Below are positions 1-9,926 of a stretch of DNA of 64,000 nt, in pieces (the first letter of the stretch is position 1; each line of letters begins with the position of its first letter). This DNA is from a bacterium (lineage in GTDB: Bacteria > Patescibacteriota > Minisyncoccia > Phycocordibacterales > UBA9973). The notes beneath the pieces were generated by a model. That model worked only from the letters and a program-made list of their open reading frames with translations, did not search any database and was not told the origin of the DNA. The translations under genes and the position numbers were made by a program. The stretch spans positions 11 through 64,010 of the forward strand of contig JBAXXQ010000002.1 in the NCBI GenBank assembly GCA_037127795.1, written 5' to 3'.

Positions 1-1
1 C

Positions 2-3000
2 AATAACGGTGTGATGGAATACAAAGATGTGGGAGGAAGTTGGACTGCTATTACTGGTGGGGGTGGTGCGACGAGTGGGTTGAGTTTGGATGGTGGAGGA
101 AATTTGATTGCGAATACTGTATCTTCAAATATAGCATCATCTAATAGCCCATATCAATCAATACTACTTGGACAAGGGGCTGGTGATGGTATCAATGCAT
201 CAAGTCCATATAACATTTTAATAGGTTCTCATGCAGGGTTTCATGCATATGCAATACAACAAGTTATATTTTTAGGTTCTGGGGCTGGAGATGGTGCGAC
301 GCATGCTGCCAATTCTATTTTTATCGGTACTAATGCTGGATATGGTGATACTGTTGATAATACTTCAAGCTCTGGTTTCTCAATCCTTCTTGGTCCTTCA
401 ACCTCAACAGGTGGTTATTCAAATAGTATTGCGATTGGTAAATCAGCAACAAACAGCGCCACTAATCAATTTATGGTGGGGTCAAATCAGTACCCAATAC
501 GTCAATTTGTTCTTGTTGAGACTGGTGGTCAGAATGCCTACATTAATTTTATAAATGGAAATTCTTCTTATGGAAGTAGTGGTTATGAAACCGGTGACTT
601 GGGTTATGGATTTAAAGATGACAATGGTACCATGAAATACAAAAATGAAGGTGGCTCTTGGACTGCGTTTGGGGGAGGGTCAACAACACCGACATTGGAT
701 GGAAATAATAGTTTTGTTGTAGGTGGAGGTAGTGATCCTTTATTTTCAAATTTTATAGGTATAGGTGCTGGGCAAGGAGCTACGGGGGCACAGGCATCGA
801 ATTTCTTTGGTACTAGTGCTGGAAATAATGCTTATGCCGCAAATAACTCAAATTTCTTTGGTGCAAATGCCGGTCGTGATGCAATTTTTGCATCTAGTTC
901 AAACTTTTTTGGATCTAGCGCTGGTAATAGTGCCACAAACGCTCATGATTCAAATTTCTTAGGAAATAGTGCTGGATATGGTGCAACTAGTGCACAAAAT
1001 TCAAACTTCTTTGGACAATATGCAGGGTACCAAGCAACTAATGCTGGCTTTTCAATTTTCTTAGGTCCTTGGGCTGGCTATAATGCGGTTAGTGCGTATA
1101 ACTCTATTTTTCTTGGTCAAAGTGCTGGTCAAAGTGATAACGTCAACAACACCTCAAACAATGGTTTCTCAATCCTCCTCGGTCCATCAACCTCAACTGG
1201 CGGTTATTCAAACAGTATCGCTATTGGTGGAACTGCAACAAACACAAAATCAAACCAACTTATGCTCGGTTCAAGTAGTTACCCAATCTCTGATCTTTCA
1301 ATCAATAACGTAAACTACACCTTCCCATCTTCACAAGGCTCATCTGGGCAGACATTAGTAAATGATGGAAGTGGGAATTTAACTTGGCAGACAGTAGGAG
1401 GTGTTTCGCTTGATACAGTAGATGCATTTATTGTTGGTGGTGGTGCTGATATGGTCGATTCTGTTTTTATTGGTAAAAATACTGGTGCTGGTGCAACTTC
1501 TGCGCACCATTCTAATTTCTTTGGGGCAGGTACTGGGTATGGTGCAACTAATGCTAGTGGTTCAAATTTCTTAGGAAACGGAGCAGGTTATAGTGCGATA
1601 AGTGCCAGTGGTTCAAATTTTATAGGACAAAATAGTGGATTTTATGCAAATAATGCTAATGATTCAATCTTTTTAGGAAATTACGCTGGTAGTAGCGCAA
1701 CCAACGCTGCTTTCTCAACCTTTATCGGAGGAAATGCTGGTCAAAATGCAACCAATGCCGCTGATGCAATTTTTATAGGAAATGCTGCGGGAGAAGGTGA
1801 TACTATTAATACTTCTTACTCTGGTTCTTATGGTCACTCTGCCATTCTTATTGGTAACGGTACTTCAACTGGTGGGTATATAGATAGTATAGCTATAGGT
1901 CAAGGTGCTACTAATACAAAAACAAACCAGCTTATGCTTGGTTCAAGTGGTTACCCAATTTCTGCTCTCTCAATCAATAATGTAAATTACACCTTCCCAG
2001 CTTCACAAGGTTTATTAGGGCAAACACTCGTAAATGATGGAAATGGAAACCTTAGTTGGAGTACAGTGGGAGGTGGTACAGGGATTACTTCAATTAATGG
2101 TAATACTGCTACCGCACAAACTATTGCAGCAGGGACAGGAATCAGTATATCTAATAATGGGAATGGTACGACAACTATTACTAATACGAGCTCTTCATTA
2201 TTACAGTTTGATGGTACTAATAATTCTTTTTATTCAGCAACAACCCCTGATACTCAAGGTGCTGTATTTTTGGGATATCGAGCTGGTTTTAGTCCTCAAT
2301 CAGAATATAATTCTGTTGCTATTGGAACACAGGCTGGGTATTATGCTTCGCTTAATTCTACAATTGTGGGGTATCAAGCTGGTATGAATGCAAGATATGC
2401 AGAACTCCTTAATGCTTTTGGTATGAATGCTGGATATAATGCAGCAAATGCTCGAAATTCAATTTTTATAGGTGCCAATGCTGGGTATAACGACTCTGTT
2501 GATAATACTTCAGGTGGATATTCAATTCTTATTGGTACAAGTACTAATACTGGCGGCTATTCAAATAGTATCGCCATCGGCTCTAATGCAATCAATACAG
2601 CAACCAACCAGTTCATGATTGGTTCAAGCTCATACCCAATCAATAGTACTGTCATCAAAGGCTCAGGTAGTACTCAATGTACTATCACTACCGGTACTGG
2701 TATTGCGTGTTCTTCAGATATCACTCTCAAGAAAAACATTACTGCAATCCCCGATGGTATGCTTGCAAAAGTATTATCACTCAACCCAGTAACCTACAAC
2801 TGGAAAACACAACTAGACACCGATCCTACCTATGCTGGATTCATCGCACAACAAGTAGAAGTTATATTCCCACAAGCAGTATCTACTGATCCATCTACTG
2901 GTACCAAACTGCTTTCTCCAACAGTACTCATTCCATTTACTATCAAAGCTATACAAGAGATGGATATACAAATGCAAGGTCTCGCAAGTCTCAAAGGGGA

Positions 3001-3169
3001 TAGTGGTAACACCTTCAAGGATGCATTGATTGCATGGTTCGCAGATGTACACAATGGTATCAACAAACTCTTTGTCCGAGAGATAGATACAACCAAGATT
3101 TGTGTTTCAGATACTACAGGCGCAACCTGTATCACCAAAGGACAACTCGACAAACTCCTCGCACGATAA
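2..3169 (+). CDS. Gly/Ser/Asn-rich repetitive fibre/adhesin-like protein with C-terminal S74 intramolecular chaperone (5' end probably outside window)
   Basis: Frame is open to the window edge; 17-aa SNFFGxxAG repeats in four blocks; ACSSDITLKKNI...LNPVTYNWK...GFIAQQVEVIFP is the S74 signature. Confidence 0.8.
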   Translation, partial: NNGVMEYKDVGGSWTAITGGGGATSGLSLDGGGNLIANTVSSNIASSNSPYQSILLGQGAGDGINASSPYNILIGSHAGFHAYAIQQVIFLGSGAGDGATHAANSIFIGTNAGYGDTVDNTSSSGFSILLGPSTSTGGYSNSIAIGKSATNSATNQFMVGSNQYPIRQFVLVETGGQNAYINFINGNSSYGSSGYETGDLGYGFKDDNGTMKYKNEGGSWTAFGGGSTTPTLDGNNSFVVGGGSDPLFSNFIGIGAGQGATGAQASNFFGTSAGNNAYAANNSNFFGANAGRDAIFASSSNFFGSSAGNSATNAHDSNFLGNSAGYGATSAQNSNFFGQYAGYQATNAGFSIFLGPWAGYNAVSAYNSIFLGQSAGQSDNVNNTSNNGFSILLGPSTSTGGYSNSIAIGGTATNTKSNQLMLGSSSYPISDLSINNVNYTFPSSQGSSGQTLVNDGSGNLTWQTVGGVSLDTVDAFIVGGGADMVDSVFIGKNTGAGATSAHHSNFFGAGTGYGATNASGSNFLGNGAGYSAISASGSNFIGQNSGFYANNANDSIFLGNYAGSSATNAAFSTFIGGNAGQNATNAADAIFIGNAAGEGDTINTSYSGSYGHSAILIGNGTSTGGYIDSIAIGQGATNTKTNQLMLGSSGYPISALSINNVNYTFPASQGLLGQTLVNDGNGNLSWSTVGGGTGITSINGNTATAQTIAAGTGISISNNGNGTTTITNTSSSLLQFDGTNNSFYSATTPDTQGAVFLGYRAGFSPQSEYNSVAIGTQAGYYASLNSTIVGYQAGMNARYAELLNAFGMNAGYNAANARNSIFIGANAGYNDSVDNTSGGYSILIGTSTNTGGYSNSIAIGSNAINTATNQFMIGSSSYPINSTVIKGSGSTQCTITTGTGIACSSDITLKKNITAIPDGMLAKVLSLNPVTYNWKTQLDTDPTYAGFIAQQVEVIFPQAVSTDPSTGTKLLSPTVLIPFTIKAIQEMDIQMQGLASLKGDSGNTFKDALIAWFADVHNGINKLFVREIDTTKICVSDTTGATCITKGQLDKLLAR

Positions 3170-3216
3170 CGTTGACAAATATACATTTTTTGTGTATTGT
3201 TTGAAAAAATATAATT

Positions 3217-3771
3217 ATGGTTTTAATCATTGTAGGGGCTAGTGTCCTGGTAGCAATTTATTTTGGATCCCATCATTGGGTTCAAAAAAAAGAAATTAGT
3301 ACATTAAAAAAATCCAACATTCTTTTGAATGTACGGATTCTGGATCCCCAGGGGGGAGACTCAGTAAAAACATCACTGGTTTTTTTTAGAGAGTATGAAA
3401 AGCTTTCCGAAAATGTATTACATGCATTTACGTATGAGCTTTCTCTGTTCTTGGAAAAGAGGTATCAATATTTATTGGTAGAGGGGAACTTCTATAATAT
3501 TTTTGATGCTATTGAAAAAGACAAAAACATATACGCTGAAACAGTATATATGTTTGATGTTTTTACTAATGTATTAAAGGTACAAAAACTCGCAGAAACG
3601 CTTTCCCTAAAGATTGATCTTGTCGCTGAAAACATTATCAGAGATGAAGATCAGGATCTTGCAAGAGATTTTGCAAATCAGCTAAAAGACCATCGAGGGT
3701 CTATTTGGCTGGGATTTAATAAATCCAAACAGCAAACAATAATTAAACTATTGTCTTGTAAAAAAAGGTAA
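3217..3771 (+). CDS. hypothetical protein with N-terminal hydrophobic anchor
   Basis: 184-aa ORF, TTGACA promoter-like site at about 3172, terminator downstream. Confidence 0.6.
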   Translation: MVLIIVGASVLVAIYFGSHHWVQKKEISTLKKSNILLNVRILDPQGGDSVKTSLVFFREYEKLSENVLHAFTYELSLFLEKRYQYLLVEGNFYNIFDAIEKDKNIYAETVYMFDVFTNVLKVQKLAETLSLKIDLVAENIIRDEDQDLARDFANQLKDHRGSIWLGFNKSKQQTIIKLLSCKKR

Positions 3772-3773
3772 AA

Positions 3774-3803
3774 AAAGCCTGGAAACAAATGTTTCCAGGC
3801 TTT
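3774..3803. terminator. bidirectional intrinsic terminator
   Basis: aaagcctggaaaca-aa-tgtttccaggcttt hairpin between convergent ORFs. Confidence 0.75.
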
Positions 3804-3813
3804 CATGTTTTAA

Positions 3814-4527
3814 TTAAAGAGCTTTAATTTTTTTTATACCCCAACATGTTATGATTCTTCGCAACAACAGTGATGTTATAGAAAAATACAGTGTGTAACA
3901 AATCAATGAAAGATGATAGTACCCTCCTCGAAGTATTTGCTCTTCTCCACCATAACGAACTCCTGAAATAATTATTATTACTAATAAAGAAATAGGATAG
4001 AAAAAAGTTTCCATTTTTCCAAAATTCGATGAAGACTCTTCTTCCAGGTAGTCTTTAAGAAGTTCTTCTTTTGAATTATACAACTTTGGTTGTGCATTTC
4101 TTTTTTGCAACTCTCTAATCAGATAGTTTCTTTGGTGAAATGCGTGCCAGATGAGTAATAAAAATAACACACTATATCCACACAGGCATGCAATCAAAAA
4201 TTTATTTTTTTCAAAATAATGAGGTTTGCACATATGTGTCTTCCATCCATTTCTATAATGAAGAATAGTTCGTGTTATCTTTAGCTTCCAGTGCATCATT
4301 GAAAAAAGATTAAACTTTTCCGGATAAATTCCACGCTCATCTTTTATAACACTAAAGGAATCTTTACACTCCATGAGTGTCACTGCGCGTTCGGTACTGA
4401 TAGATGATGGGTGAGCGTTTAAACTATCCCAAAAATTTTGTACTATATCTGCCGTATCGCATTGTGCAGATACGTGCAATGTTGTAATCATAAGGAGGGC
4501 GATTACTACCACTACTTTTTTTATCAT
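3814..4527 (-). CDS. hypothetical membrane protein with signal peptide
   Basis: MIKK-hydrophobic-VSAQ signal peptide, three further TM-like segments. Confidence 0.65.
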   Translation of the reverse strand: MIKKVVVVIALLMITTLHVSAQCDTADIVQNFWDSLNAHPSSISTERAVTLMECKDSFSVIKDERGIYPEKFNLFSMMHWKLKITRTILHYRNGWKTHMCKPHYFEKNKFLIACLCGYSVLFLLLIWHAFHQRNYLIRELQKRNAQPKLYNSKEELLKDYLEEESSSNFGKMETFFYPISLLVIIIISGVRYGGEEQILRGGYYHLSLICYTLYFSITSLLLRRIITCWGIKKIKAL

Positions 4528-4646
4528 ATTCGGTTGTTAATTTATTTGTTGCAATTATATACTATTTAAACAAAAAGTCAATGTATACTATATGGTGAAT
4601 ATGTTGTAATATCACAAAAAAATGTTCACCTCAAAAACAACAAAAT

Positions 4647-5858
4647 ATGAAAATTTTAGCCGCCTTAGAGCAAGCGCCTCATTGGGCCCTTGCAAACATT
4701 GATCTTACCCCTCGTGTGGAGGATTTGGATCTACCCAAGCAGGACCATTTCCTTTTTGGACACAAAGTGCAGCTTGATGCTGTACAGAAGCAGGATCTTG
4801 ATTTGTCTGTAAAAAGGCAAGCAATCCTTGATTGGCAAGAAGCTGCTCGTGATCTCGCATTGCGCTTCACTGAAAAAGGTTTTCCAAAACCTGTTATTGT
4901 ACCGAAAGAATTGTTTGATACTGTGTGTAAAAAGTGCAAGCTTATCCGGCTTGAAAACATGGATGAAAAAGGTAGTTTACACCTATTTTTTTTAAACATA
5001 GACAATTTCTTTTTTATAAAAGTTTTTGAACATGTATCTCCTTGTATGACAAAAGCAAATGTTCTCGGGGATAATTATTTAAGGCATTGGTGGAATCCTG
5101 GTTGGGGAGGATGGGTTGGAAAACCTATCTATTTTGAACTAAATGACAATCCTTCTTTTTGGGGGAAAGGTGCTAGTGATCCGTATAGTATTGGTCTTGC
5201 ATTTGATAGTGGTTATTTACTAAAACTTGATACACAACAAGCGAAGCATAATTTTGATAGTTTTATGGAAGAGTATAATGACCCATATTATTTATACATG
5301 CTTGCTATGAAAGATCAAAATTTTATTACGATGGGTAGCAAGATGGAAATGAGTAATACATTTGCTGTATTTCCAGAATTACCACCAGAATTTCAAATGC
5401 TTTTGGTAAATCTCAAGAAAACATTTCCGCATTGGCCGGTGTATACCGCTGCTGATCCTGATTTTTTTAGTCTTGTACAAGAAGGGGTTGACGTGAGGAT
5501 TTACACAAAAAAACGTTTTGCCGAGTTTGCTGATATTTTTTCACAGGTAGTAGAAATATCTGAAAATATTAAAAATAAGCAAGAAGAATGGCAGAAAAAA
5601 TTTCTTGATGAATGCGCAGAACAGGGGATATCTCCTACGGGGACACATACGTTTTTGTCAGAAGAGGATGTTGCAAAAGCGGTTCAAATAGAAAAAGACC
5701 CGATTTTTTATCTGCCGGTAGAACTTACACACAAACATGTGAAGTACAAATTTGCTGTGGTGTATGGCCAATGCGGGGAATCTCCGTATGAAAAAGCGGC
5801 TATAGAAGACCTAAAAAATATATCGTATGAGACATTTATGGGGTCGGCTGCAAATTAG
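4647..5858 (+). CDS. hypothetical protein
   Basis: 403-aa ORF followed by a terminator; no recognised motif. Confidence 0.7.
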   Translation: MKILAALEQAPHWALANIDLTPRVEDLDLPKQDHFLFGHKVQLDAVQKQDLDLSVKRQAILDWQEAARDLALRFTEKGFPKPVIVPKELFDTVCKKCKLIRLENMDEKGSLHLFFLNIDNFFFIKVFEHVSPCMTKANVLGDNYLRHWWNPGWGGWVGKPIYFELNDNPSFWGKGASDPYSIGLAFDSGYLLKLDTQQAKHNFDSFMEEYNDPYYLYMLAMKDQNFITMGSKMEMSNTFAVFPELPPEFQMLLVNLKKTFPHWPVYTAADPDFFSLVQEGVDVRIYTKKRFAEFADIFSQVVEISENIKNKQEEWQKKFLDECAEQGISPTGTHTFLSEEDVAKAVQIEKDPIFYLPVELTHKHVKYKFAVVYGQCGESPYEKAAIEDLKNISYETFMGSAAN

Positions 5859-5878
5859 TATGGTATTGTTTTTCACAC

Positions 5879-5913
5879 AAAAGCCCTGTAGATGTATATC
5901 TGCAGGGCTTTTT
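5879..5913 (+). terminator. intrinsic terminator
   Basis: aagccctgtagat-gtat-atctgcagggctt followed by a T-run. Confidence 0.7.
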
Positions 5914-5935
5914 CTCATATAAAGGCATATATTAC

Positions 5936-5964
5936 TTGACCAAAAAGCAGTATTCTGCTATATT
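5936..5964 (+). promoter_or_regulatory. sigma70-type promoter for the rpsN operon
   Basis: TTGACC-17 nt-TATATT with a TG extended -10. Confidence 0.65.
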
Positions 5965-6060
5965 TCCAGTCGCACTAAAAGAAGTCCATAGTCCTCTTTT
6001 TGCAACAGATGCAAAAAAAGTATTATGCGATACTCTTAATCAAGTGCACTAATAATCATT

Positions 6061-6246
6061 ATGGCAAAAACATCAGTTATCGCGCGTTCTCAAAAGACGC
6101 CAAAATTTAGTACAAGAGCGGTTAACCGCTGTTTTAAGTGTGGCCGCAGACATGGATATATGAGAGATTTTGATCTCTGCCGTATCTGCTTCCGCGAATT
6201 AGCAAACGAAGGAATGCTCCCAGGTATCCGTAAATCATCATGGTAG
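6061..6246 (+). CDS. rpsN: 30S ribosomal protein S14 (zinc-binding type)
   Basis: MAKTS...RCFKCGR...[10 protein letters not shown]...GIRKSSW. Confidence 0.98.
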   Translation: MAKTSVIARSQKTPKFSTRAVNRCFKCGRRHGYMRDFDLCRICFRELANEGMLPGIRKSSW

Positions 6247-6253
6247 TTTTTAT

Positions 6254-6646
6254 ATGACAGACCCAATCGCAAACATGTTAATATCGCTCAAAAATGCAGC
6301 AATGATCTCAAAAGAGAAAGTTGTAGTGCCATTTTCTAGTATCAAGCATTCTATTGCAGAATGTCTTTTGAAACACGGCTATGTTGCCTCAGTACAAAAG
6401 AAGACAGAAAAAGGAGACATTGCAGTTTTGGAACTCACTCTCGCATTTGACGCACAAGGTCCAAAGATCCACGATGTTACTCGTGTATCAAAGCCTTCAC
6501 GTCGTATGTACGCAGGAGTAAAAGAAATCCACTCATTCAAAAATGGGCATGGTATGTATGTATTCTCAACACCAAAAGGAATTTTGAGTGACACAGAAGC
6601 ACGCAAAGAACAGGTCGGAGGAGAAGTTATTTGTAGTATTTGGTAG
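6254..6646 (+). CDS. rpsH: 30S ribosomal protein S8
   Basis: MTDPIANML...RVSKPSRRMY...STPKGILSD. Confidence 0.98.
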   Translation: MTDPIANMLISLKNAAMISKEKVVVPFSSIKHSIAECLLKHGYVASVQKKTEKGDIAVLELTLAFDAQGPKIHDVTRVSKPSRRMYAGVKEIHSFKNGHGMYVFSTPKGILSDTEARKEQVGGEVICSIW

Positions 6647-6656
6647 AGTTATATAT

Positions 6657-7202
6657 ATGAGTAGAGTAGGAAAACAACAATTCACCATCCCAGCAAACGT
6701 TACTGTTACTTTCGAGAACGGACTATTTTCTGTAAAAGGACCACTTGGTACTTTGTCAAAAAACTTTCTTGATACTGTAGTAGTAACTATCGCTGACAAT
6801 GTTATATCTTTTGCACCAGCAGTGGATGAGCCATTTGCACGTGCTCTTTGGGGAACATACGCTTCACATGTGAAGAATATGATCGCTGGAGTACAAGCTC
6901 CATACGTAAAGAAATTGATTCTTGAAGGAGTTGGATTCAAAAGTGAAGTAAAGGCAAATGGGTCTAATAGCGATTTGCACCTTGCACTAGGGTTCTCTCA
7001 TCCCGTAATAGTAAAAATCCCAGAAGGGCTTACTGTTACTGCAGAAAAGAACAATATTACTGTAACAGGTATCAACAAAGAACAAGTAGGGCAATTTACT
7101 GCAGCTGTTCGCGCACTCAAGAAACCAGAACCATATAAAGGTAAAGGGTTCCGATACAGTGACGAAGTTATCCGTCGAAAAGCAGGTAAGAAGACCGCAT
7201 AA
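6657..7202 (+). CDS. rplF: 50S ribosomal protein L6
   Basis: MSRVGKQ...KKPEPYKGKGFRY; start moved to the ATG at 6657. Confidence 0.98.
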   Translation: MSRVGKQQFTIPANVTVTFENGLFSVKGPLGTLSKNFLDTVVVTIADNVISFAPAVDEPFARALWGTYASHVKNMIAGVQAPYVKKLILEGVGFKSEVKANGSNSDLHLALGFSHPVIVKIPEGLTVTAEKNNITVTGINKEQVGQFTAAVRALKKPEPYKGKGFRYSDEVIRRKAGKKTA

Positions 7203-7213
7203 CGAGTACAATT

Positions 7214-7561
7214 ATGTCTACACAAAACAAACTACAAAAGAAAATGCGATTGAAGAAAAAGATTCGTTCACGAATCAATGGTACAGATGTACGTCCACGT
7301 ATGACTGTTACTCGTTCAAATACTCACGTATATGTACAACTCATTGACGATACAAAAGCTCGTACATTGGTTGCTGCAAACGATTTGAATCTCAAATCAG
7401 GAAACGGAGTAGAACGTGCTACATTGGTAGGGAAGGCAATTGCAACTCTCGCAAAGAAAGTAAATATCTCTACTGTTGTCTTTGATCGAAACGGCTACAA
7501 ATACGCAGGTCGCGTAAAGGCTTTAGCAGATGCTGCTCGTTTAGAAGGCCTAGAGTTTTAA
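7214..7561 (+). CDS. rplR: 50S ribosomal protein L18
   Basis: RPRMTVTRSN...VVFDRNGYKYAGRVKALADAAR. Confidence 0.97.
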   Translation: MSTQNKLQKKMRLKKKIRSRINGTDVRPRMTVTRSNTHVYVQLIDDTKARTLVAANDLNLKSGNGVERATLVGKAIATLAKKVNISTVVFDRNGYKYAGRVKALADAARLEGLEF

Positions 7562-7564
7562 TAT

Positions 7565-8146
7565 ATGACTGAACAAAAAACACAATCACAACCACGAGAC
7601 AAACGTCCAGACTCACGTCCACGTCGTCCTGATCGAGCACCTGTTATAAAGGATGTTGATCAAAAGATTCTCGAAATCCGCCGTGTTACTCGTGTGGTAG
7701 CTGGAGGACGTCGTATGAGTTTTGCAGTATCTATGCTTATCGGTGATAAGAAAGGTGTTGTTGGTGTTGGTACTGGAAAAGGTAATGACACAGCACTTGC
7801 TATCGCAAAAGCATTGAAAGATGCAAAAAAGAATGCGCTCAAAATCAAGCTCAACCAAGGACATGCTATCCCTCACGAAATCAGTGCAAAGTACTGTTCT
7901 TCAACAGTAAAACTTTTCCCAAACAAAGGTAAAGGACTTGTAGCTGGTGCAGCTATCCGAGATCTCCTCGTACTTGCTGGTGCAAAAGATGTATCTGCAA
8001 AAGTACTTTCAGGAAGTAAGAACAAGCTCAATACTGCTCGTGCCGTAATGAAAGCATTTGGTCCAATCTCAACTCCTTACAACTTTGCAAATAAGCCTGT
8101 AGAAGCAGCCCCTGTTGCAGAAGCAGTAGAAGCTAAAAAAGAGTAA
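7565..8146 (+). CDS. rpsE: 30S ribosomal protein S5
   Basis: IRRVTRVVAGGRRMSFAV. Confidence 0.97.
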   Translation: MTEQKTQSQPRDKRPDSRPRRPDRAPVIKDVDQKILEIRRVTRVVAGGRRMSFAVSMLIGDKKGVVGVGTGKGNDTALAIAKALKDAKKNALKIKLNQGHAIPHEISAKYCSSTVKLFPNKGKGLVAGAAIRDLLVLAGAKDVSAKVLSGSKNKLNTARAVMKAFGPISTPYNFANKPVEAAPVAEAVEAKKE

Positions 8147-8152
8147 ACCTAT

Positions 8153-8590
8153 ATGTTACACGAATTAAAACCAACAACAAAAAATAAAAAAGCAAAGACT
8201 GTCGGTCGTGGTGGAACACGTGGAAAAACAGCTGGTCGCGGTACAAAAGGACAAAAAGCTCGTTCTGGTCACCGTATCCGTCCACACATCCGTGATATCA
8301 TCAAGAAACTTCCAAAACTTCGTGGCCGTGGAAAGAATATCAACAAGACATTCCGCCTCACTGCACAAGTAGTAAACCTTGATATCATTTCAATGAATTT
8401 TGAAAAGGGTGCAAGTATCACTCCTTCAACATTGTTTGCAAAAGGTCTTATCAAACGTCATCAAGGAATTTTGCCACAAGTAAAAATCCTCGGTACAGGT
8501 AAAATCACTGGTGCCTACTCATTCTACGAATGTTCTGTATCAGCAACAGCAAAAACAAAAATCGAAGCTGCTGGTGGAAAAGTAAACTAA
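8153..8590 (+). CDS. rplO: 50S ribosomal protein L15
   Basis: VGRGGTRGKTAGRGTKGQKARSG; follows rpsE directly, with no rpmD. Confidence 0.97.
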   Translation: MLHELKPTTKNKKAKTVGRGGTRGKTAGRGTKGQKARSGHRIRPHIRDIIKKLPKLRGRGKNINKTFRLTAQVVNLDIISMNFEKGASITPSTLFAKGLIKRHQGILPQVKILGTGKITGAYSFYECSVSATAKTKIEAAGGKVN

Positions 8591-8603
8591 CGAAAACAAT
8601 TTT

Positions 8604-9872
8604 ATGCAATCATTTCTAAAAAAACTAAAAATCTTATACACCGATAAAACTCTCCGTAATAAGATCTTGTTTGTAGTACTAGTGCTTGCTATTTTTAGAG
8701 TGCTCGCAGTGATTCCAGTACCTGGTATTGATACGAGTCGTCTCGCGCAGTTTTTCTCTGGTAATCAATTCCTCACACTCTTCAACACCCTTTCAGGGGG
8801 AGGGTTCTCACACTTCTCAATCGTTATGCTTGGGGTGGGTCCTTATATCACCGCATCTATCATTATGCAATTGTCATCTATGATGTGGCCTCGCTTGAAA
8901 GAGCTCATGCAAGAGTCTGGTGAAATTGGTCGCAAGAAATTCAATCAATACACTCGTTTGATTGCTGTGCCAATTGCATTTTTCCAAGGTATTGCATTTT
9001 TGCACTATCTTCAAACACAAAATGTAGTTGATACACTTTCTCTCGGCGCATTGGTAGGAAATGCAATCATTATCGTTGCTGGATCAATGTTGCTTTTGTG
9101 GCTCGCTGAGCTCATCAATGAATTCGGTATTGGTAACGGTACTTCACTTATCATTATGTCTGGTATCGTGGCTACTATCCCACAAAAGATTTCACAATTT
9201 GCATTTACCTATACTGCAGATCAGCTTCCTGTTACACTCTTGTATCTCGCACTCGGATTTATCGTTATCGCAGGAGTAGTATATATCTACGAAGCACAAC
9301 GCCCTGTAGAAGTAACCTACGCTCGTCAAGCTCGTGGTATCCGTATGTTTGGATCAAACGAAACATACATTCCACTTCGTCTTACACAAGCAGGAGTAAT
9401 GCCAATCATCTTTGCATCATCATTGCTTTTGTTCCCACAATTCCTCGCAAACTTCTTTGCAAATAGTACTTCAGCAAAATTGCTTGCAGTATCACACGCA
9501 CTTACTAGTTTCCTCCAAAGTAACTGGCAATATGCGATCGTATACTTCTTGCTCGTAGTATTCTTTACGTACTTCTATACTGCTATTACATTTGATCCAA
9601 AACAAATGGCAGAGAATTTGCAAAAGAATGGTGCATTCATCCCTGGTATTCGTCCTGGAGAATCTACTCGTGCGCACGTTGCAGATATTGTGACCAAGCT
9701 TACACTTGTCGGTTCTATCTTCCTTGGTATCGTCGCAGTACTCCCACTCATTGTTCGTAGTACTACCGGTATCACTGCATTTGCAGTCGGAGGAACATCA
9801 CTCTTGATTACCGTCTCTGTGGTTATCGATCTTATCCGCAAGATTGACGCACAAGTTGCAATGCAAGAATAA
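8604..9872 (+). CDS. secY: preprotein translocase subunit SecY
   Basis: LGVGPYITASII, GIGNGTSLII, GAFIPGIRPG, GGTSLLI. Confidence 0.98.
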   Translation: MQSFLKKLKILYTDKTLRNKILFVVLVLAIFRVLAVIPVPGIDTSRLAQFFSGNQFLTLFNTLSGGGFSHFSIVMLGVGPYITASIIMQLSSMMWPRLKELMQESGEIGRKKFNQYTRLIAVPIAFFQGIAFLHYLQTQNVVDTLSLGALVGNAIIIVAGSMLLLWLAELINEFGIGNGTSLIIMSGIVATIPQKISQFAFTYTADQLPVTLLYLALGFIVIAGVVYIYEAQRPVEVTYARQARGIRMFGSNETYIPLRLTQAGVMPIIFASSLLLFPQFLANFFANSTSAKLLAVSHALTSFLQSNWQYAIVYFLLVVFFTYFYTAITFDPKQMAENLQKNGAFIPGIRPGESTRAHVADIVTKLTLVGSIFLGIVAVLPLIVRSTTGITAFAVGGTSLLITVSVVIDLIRKIDAQVAMQE

Positions 9873-9875
9873 TAT

Positions 9876-9910
9876 AAGAAAAAATTCCGCATTATGCGGA
9901 ATTTTTTCTT
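9876..9910 (+). terminator. terminator after secY
   Basis: aagaaaaaattccgca-tta-tgcggaattttttctt. Confidence 0.65.
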
Positions 9911-9926
9911 ATGATACACTATCTCT

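Noticed and set aside
8146-8153. Missing rpmD as a novelty
   Set aside because: Loss of L30 is an established CPR trait; used only as taxonomic evidence
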